A stretch of 64,000 bases of DNA from Berkelbacteria bacterium GW2011_GWE1_39_12 (lineage in GTDB: Bacteria; Patescibacteriota; UBA1384; UBA12157), in contig CP011213.1 in assembly GCA_001029735.1 (NCBI GenBank), positions 460,613-524,612 on the forward strand, in the 5' to 3' direction. The translations under genes were made by a program, and so were the position numbers. The notes below the pieces were generated by a model. The model saw only the letters and a program-made list of their open reading frames with translations, was not told the origin of the DNA and ran no database searches. Shown piece after piece: positions 18,973-29,291 of this stretch. Numbering within the stretch: position 1 is the stretch's first letter; every line of letters starts with the position of its first letter.

Positions 18973-21109
18973 CAAAATAGAAGAGAAAAAAGCAGTCCAG
19001 ACTGAAATACAAACAGAAGTTCAGTCTCTTTATCAGATCTCGCAAATCGCGGCCAAAGCTAAAAATCTTGATGCTTTGTGGCAGCCGCTTTTTGATGAAA
19101 TTTCAAAAATCATGCAGGTTGATGCCGGTACTTTAATGATACTGGAAGATGACGAGTTGGTAAGAAAAACGGCTAAAGGACTGGGCGATAATATCATGAA
19201 AGAGCCGCCAATTCCAAGATCAAAAGGTGGCGTTTCTTGGAAAGCCGTCACGACTCGTGATGAAGTGGTAATAAATGACCTTTCGGCTTCAGACATCGCT
19301 TCACAGGCGCTTAAGGAAGGTGAGTTTCATTCATTGATGACTGTACCGATGATGGTCCGAGAACAAGTTATCGGTGTAATCAGTATTTTTGCCCGTAAGG
19401 GTCGAAACTTTTCCGATTCTGACGTTTCCATGTTTAGAGCCATTGCTAACCAAGCCGCTTTAGCGATTATCAGTTTAACCTCGGCCGAATTTTTAAAAGA
19501 AAATAAGAAGAGACTAGCCGAACTTTCGGCTTTAAATCAAATTTCCAGATCAGTGGCGACCTTATTTGATTTTGAAGAAACTTTGTTTTCGATTATAGGT
19601 TTAATAACTAAACAACTAAGAGGCGATCAGGGTGTGATTGTTCTATTTGATCACAAGGAAAAGTTACTTAAAGCTGCTCTGCCTGCCTTTAATTTGACCC
19701 CTTCTCAGGTTAGGGATTTTCGTACTCGAACAGATGAAGGTGCGACCGGCCAGGCATTTTGCAAAGGTATCCCGATTAATATCGAGACGATAGATCAAGA
19801 AACCAAAGAAACTTTAGAACGAGCAAAAATTACTGGTGTTAAAAGTATGTTGGTCGCCCCGCTGAAAGTTAAGTCTCAAACCTTGGGCGTTATTCATGTC
19901 TTTTCGTCGAAAGAAAAAAACTTTACTGCTGATGACCTCAAACTATTTAATATTCTAACTTCGTCAGCGGCGGTGGTGGTCAATTCGTCATATATTTATC
20001 AAAAAATCGAAGAGGAAAAAAAGAAAGACGACGCTTTACTTTCTTCGATAGGTGAAGGAGTTTTGGCGGTAAACGATAACCGAGACATTATCTTGCTAAA
20101 CGCTGCCGGAGAAAGAATTACGGGCTTTTTACAAGAAGAATTATTAGGAAAATCTGTGGAAAGTACCCTGCAAATTCTTAACGACAAAAAAGTGATGATT
20201 TCTCGGGAGGAATCTCCTATAGCCAAAGTTTTAACCGACGGCAAGCCAATTTTCATGAACAACGTCTTTTTAAAAAGACATGACGGCGTATTATTTCCTG
20301 CCCGCTTTAACGTCGCCGCCACTCATGATGCCATGGATAAAATTATTGGCGCCATTGTGGTCTTTAATGATATAACGCATGATTTGGAAGTCGAACGGAT
20401 GAAGCAAGAACTTATTTCGATAGCTACTCATGAATTAAGGACGCCGATTACTGGTATTAAAGGTTATCTGGAAATGATTTTGGACGGGGATACGGGTGGC
20501 GTCAATAAGGAAACAAAAGAAGTGCTAGATGAAATGTCGGCCATCAATGGACGTATTGCAGACTTGGTTGATGATTTGTTAAATATTGGCCGGATTGAAC
20601 AGGGAAGAATTGAGATCAAACCAAAGCCAACTAACCTAATTGTTCTGATCTATAACTGTATCAAAGAATTATCAGTTCAGGCTAAAGAGAAAAATTTAGA
20701 GTTGATTTTTAATCCGCCAACCGATATTCCTCAAATTTTAGCTGATCCAGACAGAACAAAACAAATATTAGTGAACCTTATCGGTAATGCTATTAAATAC
20801 ACACCAGAAGGCAAGAAGAGCAAGGTTGAGGACTGGAATGAAATTGAAATTACCTTGGATAAAAAGGGTAAAGATATCGTTTGCCACGTTAAAGATCATG
20901 GTTTAGGTATTTCCAAAGAAGGGCAAAAGCAGCTTTTCCAGAAGTTCTCACGCGTTAAAACTGATCAAACGCGAATGATCACAGGTACTGGTTTGGGGCT
21001 ATGGATTACTAAACAGATTGTAGAGATGATGAGCGGAAAGATTTGGGTTGAATCTGTTGAGGGTAAAGGTTCAACATTCTCGTTTACCTTGCCGCAAAAT
21101 AGCGTCTGA
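18926..21109 (+). CDS. cytoplasmic sensor histidine kinase (GAF-GAF-PAS-HisKA-HATPase_c)
   Basis: Two GAF-like regions, one PAS region, H-box ATHELRTPITGIKGY, and ATPase boxes. The start is uncertain: TTG 18926 or GTG 18962 inside the repeat, because the first ATG (19112) would truncate GAF-1. Confidence 0.8.
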   Translation: MSRIARCGAEGEVWRGKIEEKKAVQTEIQTEVQSLYQISQIAAKAKNLDALWQPLFDEISKIMQVDAGTLMILEDDELVRKTAKGLGDNIMKEPPIPRSKGGVSWKAVTTRDEVVINDLSASDIASQALKEGEFHSLMTVPMMVREQVIGVISIFARKGRNFSDSDVSMFRAIANQAALAIISLTSAEFLKENKKRLAELSALNQISRSVATLFDFEETLFSIIGLITKQLRGDQGVIVLFDHKEKLLKAALPAFNLTPSQVRDFRTRTDEGATGQAFCKGIPINIETIDQETKETLERAKITGVKSMLVAPLKVKSQTLGVIHVFSSKEKNFTADDLKLFNILTSSAAVVVNSSYIYQKIEEEKKKDDALLSSIGEGVLAVNDNRDIILLNAAGERITGFLQEELLGKSVESTLQILNDKKVMISREESPIAKVLTDGKPIFMNNVFLKRHDGVLFPARFNVAATHDAMDKIIGAIVVFNDITHDLEVERMKQELISIATHELRTPITGIKGYLEMILDGDTGGVNKETKEVLDEMSAINGRIADLVDDLLNIGRIEQGRIEIKPKPTNLIVLIYNCIKELSVQAKEKNLELIFNPPTDIPQILADPDRTKQILVNLIGNAIKYTPEGKKSKVEDWNEIEITLDKKGKDIVCHVKDHGLGISKEGQKQLFQKFSRVKTDQTRMITGTGLGLWITKQIVEMMSGKIWVESVEGKGSTFSFTLPQNSV

Positions 21110-21165
21110 GTTGCAAGAGTTATAGTGATTACATATAATAAAGATGAATAAAAAGAGCATCAATA

Positions 21166-21240
21166 GGTAAGCTTCGCTTACCGCGGAATTTTTCCCTGGA
21201 AGGAAAAATATAGTTAAGCTGTCGATTACCGCGGAATTTT
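21166..21240 (+). promoter_or_regulatory. two tandem TTACCGCGGAATTTT boxes, each followed by a GGA(A/G)AAAATAT RBS-like segment
   Basis: Variant of the CCAAGC/TTGTCGCGGAATTT element; sits directly upstream of the 21253 ATG. Confidence 0.5.
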
Positions 21241-21252
21241 CAAGGAGAAAAT

Positions 21253-21648
21253 ATGGCAAAAGCCAAATTGCTTTTAGTTGAAGACGACGTAACTTTATCT
21301 AAAATGTATGAAAAGAAATTTAAGACCGAAGGGTATGATGTTGAAGTAGCCTATGATGGTTTAGATGGTTTAGATAAAGCAGTTAAGGGGAAACCGGATT
21401 TAGTGGTTTTGGACATCATGCTGCCAAAAATGGATGGTTTATCAGTATTTAAAAAAATGCGTAGTACTCCGGACACTTTTAAAACTCCAGTATTACTACT
21501 GACCAACTTTGATCAAGAAGATACTGTTTTTGAATGTTTCAAACTCGGGGCAGTTGATTATTTGTTAAAATCTTCAGTCACTCCAAAGCAGGTAGTAGAA
21601 AAAGTCGGTAACTTGCTTAAAGGTATCGAAGGCCCGATAACAGAGTAA
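21253..21648 (+). CDS. single-domain response regulator (receiver only)
   Basis: Fourth receiver paralogue, 131 aa. Confidence 0.85.
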   Translation: MAKAKLLLVEDDVTLSKMYEKKFKTEGYDVEVAYDGLDGLDKAVKGKPDLVVLDIMLPKMDGLSVFKKMRSTPDTFKTPVLLLTNFDQEDTVFECFKLGAVDYLLKSSVTPKQVVEKVGNLLKGIEGPITE

Positions 21649-21675
21649 ATAAAATATAGATATTAAGGAGGTAAC

Positions 21676-22176
21676 TTGAGAAAGAAGGGTTTTACACTCA
21701 TCGAGCTACTTATTGTGGTAGCAATTATTGCCATCTTGGCGATTATTGTTGTGGTGGCAATTAACCCGGCAAAAATGTTATCAAAGGCTCGAGATTCACA
21801 GAGATTTTCCGATACTACCAGTATTGCGACAGCTGTAAATCTTTATCTAGCCGACAACAATGATTTTACTGGCCTCGTGGGTCCGTATCTTTCAACTGTT
21901 GGTTCAACAGATAACGCACGTAAAAAGAATGATGCAACTGGCTGGATCCCAATTAACTTCACCGCTATTTCATCTGGAGCCCCTTTGGCTGCATTACCTC
22001 TTGATCCGACCAATACTGCTACGTATCACTATACTTTTGGTGTGAGTACGATCAATAAGACTTATGAGATCGATTGTGCTTTCGAACATTCAGACAACAC
22101 GCCAAAACATTCAGCAGACGGTGGTAATAATTCAGATGCTTATGAAGTTGGCACAGATTTGACTATTTTACCTTAA
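21676..22176 (+). CDS. type IV pilin (prepilin with N-terminal cleavage/methylation domain)
   Basis: MRKKGFTLIELLIVVAIIAILA class III signal. Confidence 0.8.
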   Translation: MRKKGFTLIELLIVVAIIAILAIIVVVAINPAKMLSKARDSQRFSDTTSIATAVNLYLADNNDFTGLVGPYLSTVGSTDNARKKNDATGWIPINFTAISSGAPLAALPLDPTNTATYHYTFGVSTINKTYEIDCAFEHSDNTPKHSADGGNNSDAYEVGTDLTILP

Positions 22177-22193
22177 GGTTTTAAGGAGAAGAA

Positions 22194-22790
22194 TTGCACA
22201 ATGTTACGCCGATAATCTTTTACTTTCTGTATTTCGGGACGAGTATACTTTTTGTGGTTTTGCTTTTCTGTTTTCTCGTCAGCAAAAAATTTAAGCAATT
22301 TTTAAAGCCGGCAGTTTATATCTCGATTGCGATTTTCCTTGTTTCGTTAGCCAATCAGATTTTGAATTTGTATTTTGCAGTAAAAGGGTCATCGTTTGGA
22401 CAGTATTTATTAGAGGGAATGAACGGCTTCTTTTGGCAGAAGACTATTGGATTATCCAAATCTTATTTTCTTTCATTTCTTTTTGCCATTTCAATCTTTT
22501 TCATTGCCCAGTTAGTTTTTGAAAAGCAAAAGAGGCAGGTGCTGGACGAATATGCTCCGACAATCGCTTTTGTTACTGCATTATTAGTCGGTTCAGTTCA
22601 GATTATTCCACTCTTCGTCGCCGCTTTTATTTTTGCCATTGTATACCAGTTAATATATTTGGTGGTAAAAAAAGTTAGCGATAGTCGAGTGTCAATTGTC
22701 CCGTTTTTGATTTTAGCGGCGCTGATTATCCAGGTATTACAGATTTTTCCGTTTTACGATAAGTTTTTGGGGTGGTTGCACATTATCTAG
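22194..22790 (+). CDS. polytopic membrane protein, possibly prepilin-peptidase-like
   Basis: 198 aa with 5-6 hydrophobic helices inside the pilus operon; no clear A24 catalytic motif. Confidence 0.3.
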   Translation: MHNVTPIIFYFLYFGTSILFVVLLFCFLVSKKFKQFLKPAVYISIAIFLVSLANQILNLYFAVKGSSFGQYLLEGMNGFFWQKTIGLSKSYFLSFLFAISIFFIAQLVFEKQKRQVLDEYAPTIAFVTALLVGSVQIIPLFVAAFIFAIVYQLIYLVVKKVSDSRVSIVPFLILAALIIQVLQIFPFYDKFLGWLHII

Positions 22791-22814
22791 TAGTTTGGCG
22801 AAGAAAGGAGGGGC

Positions 22815-24536
22815 ATGCTCCATATCCCATTGGGGGAACTAAAAAAGACACTTGTTGGCTCTGGTTTTATTGATGAAAGTCAATTTAACCAAGCTTTTGA
22901 AGAAGCTAGCAAGACCGATCGTGATATCACTAATATCATTGTCGAACATGGTGATATTTCTGAAGAATATTTGGCCGAGATTTTGGCCGATTATTTTGAT
23001 GTAAAATTTGTTTCCTTGGGAAAAATTAAAATTCCAGAAGAGGTGGTTCAGATTATTCCCGAGAACCTAGCCAAGAGTAAAAAAGTTATTCCATTTGAAG
23101 CGCCCGATGATCAAACCTTGAAAGTAGCCATGGAGGACCCGGGCGACTTAGATGCGATCAATTTTTTAGAAAAATCCACGGGAAGAAAAATTCTGCCTTT
23201 CATTACGACCGCTGGCAGTTTTCGTGAGGCGCTAGGTGTTTATAAAAAATCAATTGCTAAAGATTTTACCAAGATTATCGAAGAAAATGTCGCTAGGAGC
23301 AAAGCAGAAGGAAAAGATGCGGAACAGATGGCGAAAGATTTACCGGTGATCAATATTTTAAACACCATTATGGAATATGCTATTTCTCAGCGGGCTTCTG
23401 ATGTGCATATGGAAATGTTACCGAAAGAATTTTTGGTGAGATTTAGAATCGACGGCATCTTACGCGATATTGTAAGTCTTTCTCCTGTAGTGCATCCGGC
23501 CATAGTAGCCAGAGTCAAAATTCTAGCTGATATCAAAATAGATGAACACCGTTTACCTCAAGATGGACGATTCCGTTATGAAAGTGAAAACAGCGCCGAC
23601 GATTCGCATAGCACAGCTGTCCGTGTTTCGGTGATTCCGGCATTTTACGGCGAGAAGGTTGTTATGCGTTTGCTCGAAGAGTCTGAAAGATTTTTAACTT
23701 TAGAAGAATTGGGTCTTTCAAGCCGCAATTTCACTTTAGTTAATAAAGCCATTTTGCAGCCCCACGGCATGATCCTCTCGACCGGGCCAACTGGTTCCGG
23801 TAAAACTACCTCCTTGTATACAATTTTGCATATATTAAATCGACCTGAAGTTAATATTTCAACGATTGAAGATCCAATTGAATACGATGTAAAGCGGGTC
23901 AATCAAATTCAGGTAAATCCTAAAATTAATTTAACCTTCGCCGATGGACTCAGAAGTCTGCTTCGCCAAGATCCAGATATTTTAATGGTGGGGGAAATTC
24001 GTGATAAAGAAACGGCCGACATGGCCATCCATTCGGCTTTGACCGGTCACTTGGTACTTTCCACACTTCACACTAACGATGCGCCTGGAGCCATCCCTAG
24101 GATGATTGATATGGGAGTGGAGCCGTTCCTGCTTTCTTCGACTTTGAATTTAGTCGTCGCTCAAAGATTGGTGAGAAAAATTTGTACTAATTGTGTCACG
24201 ACAGTAAAGATGACAGATGATCAAAAAAAACAATTAGAACAAACCATTAAAGCTTTAGGCGGCAAGATCAAATTACCAGGTAAAATTTATAAAGGTAAAG
24301 GTTGCCAAGAATGCGGCGGATCTGGATTTAAGGGTAGAATCGGTATTTTTGAAGTCATGGCCATCACGCCGGAAATGCAAGAAATTATGGCCACTAAAGT
24401 TTCTGAATTGTCTGAGGAAAAAATTAGAGTGCAAGCTTTGGCTGACGGAATGGTGACAATGATGGAAGACGGTTTTATGAAAGTGGAATCGGGGATAACG
24501 ACTTTAGAAGAAGTGCTCAGAGTGACGAGCGAATAG
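22815..24536 (+). CDS. pilB: type IV pilus assembly ATPase PilB (GspE family)
   Basis: GSPII_E N-terminal domain, Walker A GPTGSGKTT, tetracysteine CxxC..CxxC. Confidence 0.9.
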   Translation: MLHIPLGELKKTLVGSGFIDESQFNQAFEEASKTDRDITNIIVEHGDISEEYLAEILADYFDVKFVSLGKIKIPEEVVQIIPENLAKSKKVIPFEAPDDQTLKVAMEDPGDLDAINFLEKSTGRKILPFITTAGSFREALGVYKKSIAKDFTKIIEENVARSKAEGKDAEQMAKDLPVINILNTIMEYAISQRASDVHMEMLPKEFLVRFRIDGILRDIVSLSPVVHPAIVARVKILADIKIDEHRLPQDGRFRYESENSADDSHSTAVRVSVIPAFYGEKVVMRLLEESERFLTLEELGLSSRNFTLVNKAILQPHGMILSTGPTGSGKTTSLYTILHILNRPEVNISTIEDPIEYDVKRVNQIQVNPKINLTFADGLRSLLRQDPDILMVGEIRDKETADMAIHSALTGHLVLSTLHTNDAPGAIPRMIDMGVEPFLLSSTLNLVVAQRLVRKICTNCVTTVKMTDDQKKQLEQTIKALGGKIKLPGKIYKGKGCQECGGSGFKGRIGIFEVMAITPEMQEIMATKVSELSEEKIRVQALADGMVTMMEDGFMKVESGITTLEEVLRVTSE

Positions 24537-24546
24537 AAAGACCAAA

Positions 24547-25767
24547 TTGGCCTTTAAAACTGGAGGTTTTTTGCTTTTCGAATACACAGCAGCCGGACAA
24601 GACGGCACAATCAGGAAAAGTCAGATGGAAGCGACCGATAAAGACGCGGTTATTTCATATTTAAAAAGAAAAGATTTTTTAGTTATCCGTGTGGCAGAAA
24701 AAGCTGAAGATATTGGTCAGGTCTTTGCCGGCAAAGTGACGGCGTTAGAAAAGATTGATTTAACTGGTAACTTGTCGATTATGTTAAAAGCCGGTGTTGG
24801 GATGCCTGAAGCCTTGGAAATTATCTCCAAAGACTCGAAAAATCCCTATTTTGAAAAAGTCTGCTCATCTTTAAAATCCAATTTGGAAAATGGCCGGCCA
24901 CTATCAGTTGGTTTAAAGCATTATCCCAAAGATTTTAGTAACGTATTTATTAGTCTGATTAAAGCCGGCGAAGCTTCAGGAAAATTGGAACAGGTTTTAG
25001 CTCAATTAAGCCAACAGTTAAAAAAAGAACATAGCTTGGTGACAAAAATTCGAAGCGCCTTTGCCTATCCTGTAGTGCTGGTTTGCGGCTTAATCGCAGT
25101 GGTGATTCTTTTAATGACTTTTGTCTTACCAAAGCTTGTCACATTGTTTTCTGATTCAAATTTAAAATTGCCATTAGGTACTCGTATTGTTTTTGATATA
25201 TCTCAAGCGCTGTCGGCTAGACCGATTTTTACGCTTATCGGAGTAATTTTATTAACAATAATAATTCTGTTTTTAGCGCGTAACCAAAAAATCAAAGCCT
25301 TTTCTTTGCGAACGGTTTATCATTTACCGGTTGCATCACAGCTAATTGCTCAAATGGAATTGGCTCGATTTTCCAGAACTTTATCGAGCCTGATGCAAAG
25401 TGGTGTGCCAATTGTCCAGGCATTGGAGATTACTGCGGAAGCACTTAGTCTGCCTCAGTATAAAAAAATGGTACTAGACGCCAAAGAAGACATCGCCAAA
25501 GGCGTATCTTTAACCAATGCTTTTAAAAAGAACGAAAAAATTTTCCCACAAATGCTGGTTTCCGTCATGCAGGTTGGAGAAAAAACGGGAAATTTAGATA
25601 AGCTTTTATTAAGTATCGGTGATTATTTTGAAGAACAAGTTGATAACACTTTAAGTGTTTTAACAAGTTTGGTCGAGCCAGTGTTACTGGTTGTTGTCGG
25701 AGTAGCGATTGGTGGGATGGCGATTTCTATAATCTTGCCAATCTATCAGCTAATCGGAAGTTTTTAA
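24547..25767 (+). CDS. pilC: type IV pilus platform protein PilC (GspF family)
   Basis: Two GspF repeats, 3 TM segments, 406 aa. Confidence 0.85.
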   Translation: MAFKTGGFLLFEYTAAGQDGTIRKSQMEATDKDAVISYLKRKDFLVIRVAEKAEDIGQVFAGKVTALEKIDLTGNLSIMLKAGVGMPEALEIISKDSKNPYFEKVCSSLKSNLENGRPLSVGLKHYPKDFSNVFISLIKAGEASGKLEQVLAQLSQQLKKEHSLVTKIRSAFAYPVVLVCGLIAVVILLMTFVLPKLVTLFSDSNLKLPLGTRIVFDISQALSARPIFTLIGVILLTIIILFLARNQKIKAFSLRTVYHLPVASQLIAQMELARFSRTLSSLMQSGVPIVQALEITAEALSLPQYKKMVLDAKEDIAKGVSLTNAFKKNEKIFPQMLVSVMQVGEKTGNLDKLLLSIGDYFEEQVDNTLSVLTSLVEPVLLVVVGVAIGGMAISIILPIYQLIGSF

Positions 25768-25769
25768 AT

Positions 25770-26294
25770 ATGGCGAAAAATATGGCCTTTCGGGCGCGGA
25801 ATTTCAATCGAAATATAGCCCTTGGGACGCAGAATTTCCGAAGAAATATTAAATCATCGAAGGGTTTTACCCTAATCGAGATTTTGGTAGTGATGGCGAT
25901 TTTAGTTGTAATGGCCGGTTTTTCTGTTGCGAGCTTAACCTCCTTCGGCCGAAGTAGTAATATTGATGGCGATTACATGACGCTAGAATCGTCTTTAAGA
26001 CTGGCCGAAAGTAATTCACAAGCCAACTTAGGTGACAGCCAATGGGGAATTCACCTAGAAAGTAATCGGTTCACGCTTTTTAGCGGATCGACTTATAATG
26101 CTTCTGATATTGCCAATAATAAAGTAAGAACATTTTCTAACGGCGTTGTATTAAGTTGGAGCCTCGCTGACGGTGGTCAAGACATTTTGTTCAACAAAGG
26201 CAAAACCTCCACTATTAATACTGGTACGCTTACTCTTTCGGGTAGTGGCAATAGCAAGCAACTTACATTGAATGGTGAGGGCACAATTGAATAA
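25770..26294 (+). CDS. pseudopilin with unusually long (about 39 aa) leader before G-FTLIEILVV
   Basis: Prepilin motif KGFTLIEILVVMAIL. Confidence 0.65.
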   Translation: MAKNMAFRARNFNRNIALGTQNFRRNIKSSKGFTLIEILVVMAILVVMAGFSVASLTSFGRSSNIDGDYMTLESSLRLAESNSQANLGDSQWGIHLESNRFTLFSGSTYNASDIANNKVRTFSNGVVLSWSLADGGQDILFNKGKTSTINTGTLTLSGSGNSKQLTLNGEGTIE

Positions 26295-28254
26295 AAAATG
26301 TAATTTATTTTTTCACTTGAAAAGCCCTGGACAACTCTTGGTCGAGGTAGTTTTATCAGTTGGCCTTATTGCACTGCTAGTGGCGGCTGTGGTGCCACTG
26401 GTTTTATCAAGCACCAAAGCGATGAGAGACCAAGAAAAAGTTTCTCAGGCTTCGCTCTTGGGTAAGGAGACACTGGACACTGTGCGAGCAATCAAAGAGG
26501 AAGATTGGAACAGTATCTATTTACCTTTAGGCACGTCTAGTAAAGGTTCTGTAAATTTATATCACACTGAGTTAATTTCCGATAAATGGCAGTTGGTTAC
26601 TGGAGAAGAATCAGTTACTCTTGATGGCAACAATTTTCAGCGCAGTTTAATCATTGAAAATGTTTCCAGAACTGGTTCAAATGGCAGCGGTGAAATTGAG
26701 CCTAATTATAATAGTTTGCGCGACGATCCTTCGACTCAAAAGATCACAGTGACTGTTGGCGGTTTTGGCGGCTCCCCAATTGTTTTGGTAGAATTTGTCA
26801 GCCGCTGGAGTAATCAACTTTTTTCTGACACTTCTTGGTCTACAGGGCAAAACCCAACCCAAACTAACGTTGATTTTGCCTCTACGCCAGGTGCCTTGCT
26901 TCTTACTTCAAGAGGTGGTGGGAATGATACCTATGGAAATAAGTTTTTAATGACGGCTACTGCCACGATTGGCGCATTAAATAACACAACCAAACAGGCC
27001 GATATGCGTTTTACGGCACAGCAAGACGGCACCGTTAATAATGTCAGTGTTTATTTAACCACGGCATCTAGTTTGGCAGGAACTAAATATAATTATGGAC
27101 TTCAAGCGGATAATAGCGGCTTGCCAAGCGGTACATATCTAAGCTCTGCATCATCATTTTTCAATAAAACTGGGTGGAAAACAATAACAATTCCTTCAGT
27201 TAGTGTTACTGCTGGAACTGTTTATCATCTTGTGGTGCAGTACGCTTCCGGCAGAGCACCAACCGCAGCTAATTATATTGATATTCGAGATTCTTCGCCG
27301 CAAAATAATATAATACCCAAAATTCAAAAAACTGATTTAAATCAAAATACACTATTTTATAGCGGCACTGTTTGGGGCATTCAAAATAGGGAGCCGATTT
27401 ACCGTCTTGGTTTTATCGATGGCTCATTCGAAGGTAATCCTTATGATACCTTCGAAGCCCGTTCTATTTTCGGCGCTAACTGGGAAGGTGAAACAATGAC
27501 GATTGCCGGTGATAAAGTGGCCAATAGTTTGAGTTTAATGGTTTCCAAAAGCACTGCAGTTAATCCAGCCGATGATCTGCACTTTACCATAGAGGATTTA
27601 ACCACCAGCACTAAATTAGTTGATAATTTAGTCTTTACTAATGGTGCGGCCTTAACAACCGGTTACTCCATGAAGACTTATACTTTTTCTTCACCTATTA
27701 CTTTGACAGACACGCATCAATATCGATTGTACTTTTCGTCGCCGTTCGCAAATAGAATCAATTTTTATCGGATTATTAATGTTTCTAACCCTGGTACTGC
27801 TGGTTTTAAAGATATAAATTGGGATGGAACTAAATCGTTAGTTTCTCGTTCAACTAAATCAGGAGCAAACTGGACTGAAACAGACTACATTGATTTATCG
27901 GGTTATTATTTTAGTCTAAGTGCGGCGTCAACCTATAGTTTAAGCGGTTATCTTGTTTCTCAGACCTTTGATGCAACTAAGAAGGCTGGCTTCAACCGTA
28001 TTTCTTGGACCAATCTTACTTTACCAGCAAATACGAGTGTCAAGCTTCAATTGGCTGCCAACAATGATCAATCCACCTGGAACTTTAGTGGTCCTGACGG
28101 CACGGCTGGGACTTATTACACTATTAATTCTGGTGAAAACATCAGTTCTGTGCTTTCAAATAATCGTTATATTAGATACAAAGCATATTTAGCGACAACT
28201 AATGATAAAGTTACGCCGGTATTGGCCGATGTGACATTAGGTTATTCTCTTTGA
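26272..28254 (+). CDS. giant pilin-like protein (660 aa), probable minor pilin or tip adhesin
   Basis: N-terminal G-QLLVEVVLSVGLIAL prepilin-like segment followed by a large Ser/Thr/Asn-rich beta-type domain. Confidence 0.5.
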   Translation: MVRAQLNKKCNLFFHLKSPGQLLVEVVLSVGLIALLVAAVVPLVLSSTKAMRDQEKVSQASLLGKETLDTVRAIKEEDWNSIYLPLGTSSKGSVNLYHTELISDKWQLVTGEESVTLDGNNFQRSLIIENVSRTGSNGSGEIEPNYNSLRDDPSTQKITVTVGGFGGSPIVLVEFVSRWSNQLFSDTSWSTGQNPTQTNVDFASTPGALLLTSRGGGNDTYGNKFLMTATATIGALNNTTKQADMRFTAQQDGTVNNVSVYLTTASSLAGTKYNYGLQADNSGLPSGTYLSSASSFFNKTGWKTITIPSVSVTAGTVYHLVVQYASGRAPTAANYIDIRDSSPQNNIIPKIQKTDLNQNTLFYSGTVWGIQNREPIYRLGFIDGSFEGNPYDTFEARSIFGANWEGETMTIAGDKVANSLSLMVSKSTAVNPADDLHFTIEDLTTSTKLVDNLVFTNGAALTTGYSMKTYTFSSPITLTDTHQYRLYFSSPFANRINFYRIINVSNPGTAGFKDINWDGTKSLVSRSTKSGANWTETDYIDLSGYYFSLSAASTYSLSGYLVSQTFDATKKAGFNRISWTNLTLPANTSVKLQLAANNDQSTWNFSGPDGTAGTYYTINSGENISSVLSNNRYIRYKAYLATTNDKVTPVLADVTLGYSL

Positions 28255-28283
28255 TTTGCCGCAAATTATTCCTGGAAAAAAAC

Positions 28284-28784
28284 ATGAAAAACAAATTTTT
28301 TACAAAAAGACGGGGCGTAACACTAATGGAGCTGATTATTTACATCGGTGTGATGTCAATTGTGATTGTGGCCATTACGGATTTGGCTGGTCGCCTGGTT
28401 TTTGCGCAAAAGAAAAATAACGCTTCTACTGAAATAAATGAGACATCAAACCTTATTTCAGGTAAACTAAACAGCGATATTGCCAATGCAACTGCAGTGA
28501 ATGGCATATTTCCTTCCAACACTTTAATTTTAACTGTCGACGGTCATCAACTTCAGTATGATTTATCCGACAATAATTTAAGTCTTAAAACAGATAGCGG
28601 TGAAGCGGTTAAATTAAATTCGAGTCGCATCAAAATTCAGCCAGTCGTTCCTAGCACAATGATTTTTAATAAAGCAGAGAATGGTTCGGCAAATTCCGTT
28701 AGCTATAAAATGAATTTTACTTTGTTAACCGGTTCTGGCATAGGAAATACTGTGCAGACGACGATTTTGATGAGGGCAAAATGA
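28284..28784 (+). CDS. pseudopilin
   Basis: MKNKFFTKRRGVTLMELIIYIGVMSIVIVAI; internal ATG preferred over the ORF-track start. Confidence 0.65.
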   Translation: MKNKFFTKRRGVTLMELIIYIGVMSIVIVAITDLAGRLVFAQKKNNASTEINETSNLISGKLNSDIANATAVNGIFPSNTLILTVDGHQLQYDLSDNNLSLKTDSGEAVKLNSSRIKIQPVVPSTMIFNKAENGSANSVSYKMNFTLLTGSGIGNTVQTTILMRAK

Positions 28785-29188
28785 AAATAAATCCAAGACA
28801 AAAAGGCCAAGCTTTATTAATCGGTATTTTAATTATTTTTACTGCTGCGATTTCTTTGGCAGTGGCCTCCGGCGTAATTGCTTCAAACCAGGTTTCAGTG
28901 AGCCAAAATCAGAAACTGTCAGCCCAGGCTTCGAACTTGGCTCATACCTGTCTAGATAACGGTTTAATGAATTTCAGCCGTGGCAATTTTACTGCGCCGG
29001 CTCAATTGAATAGTAATGGTGGAACTTGTACAATAAATATAAGCGGTAGTAGTCCAATATACCAAGTGACATCCACCGCTGAGTTTAATTTAGCGATATT
29101 CAATAAAAAAGTTACCAGAAAAATAGAGGCGACAGTTACAACCGTTGGTGGTTTAACAAGAGTCACATCTTTGCAGGAAATATATTAA
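28781..29188 (+). CDS. pilin-like hypothetical protein
   Basis: N-terminal GQALLIGILIIFTAAISLAVA hydrophobic segment in pilin position. Confidence 0.4.
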   Translation: MKINPRQKGQALLIGILIIFTAAISLAVASGVIASNQVSVSQNQKLSAQASNLAHTCLDNGLMNFSRGNFTAPAQLNSNGGTCTINISGSSPIYQVTSTAEFNLAIFNKKVTRKIEATVTTVGGLTRVTSLQEIY

Positions 29189-29289
29189 GTCCTACTCCGC
29201 TAAAGCTACGCAGGACACACTTCGCTCATAGTTAGAGTGAGGCTTGCCAGCGTAGCCCGAAGCGAAGACGAGGGCGAAGTGTGGAGGGG
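29189..29289 (+). promoter_or_regulatory. conserved leader element, copy C, ending GGAGGGG 3 nt before the pilM GTG
   Basis: The 3' 40 nt and central GGACACACTTCGCTC are identical to copies A and B; the 5' arm has diverged. Confidence 0.6.
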
Positions 29290-29291
29290 CA

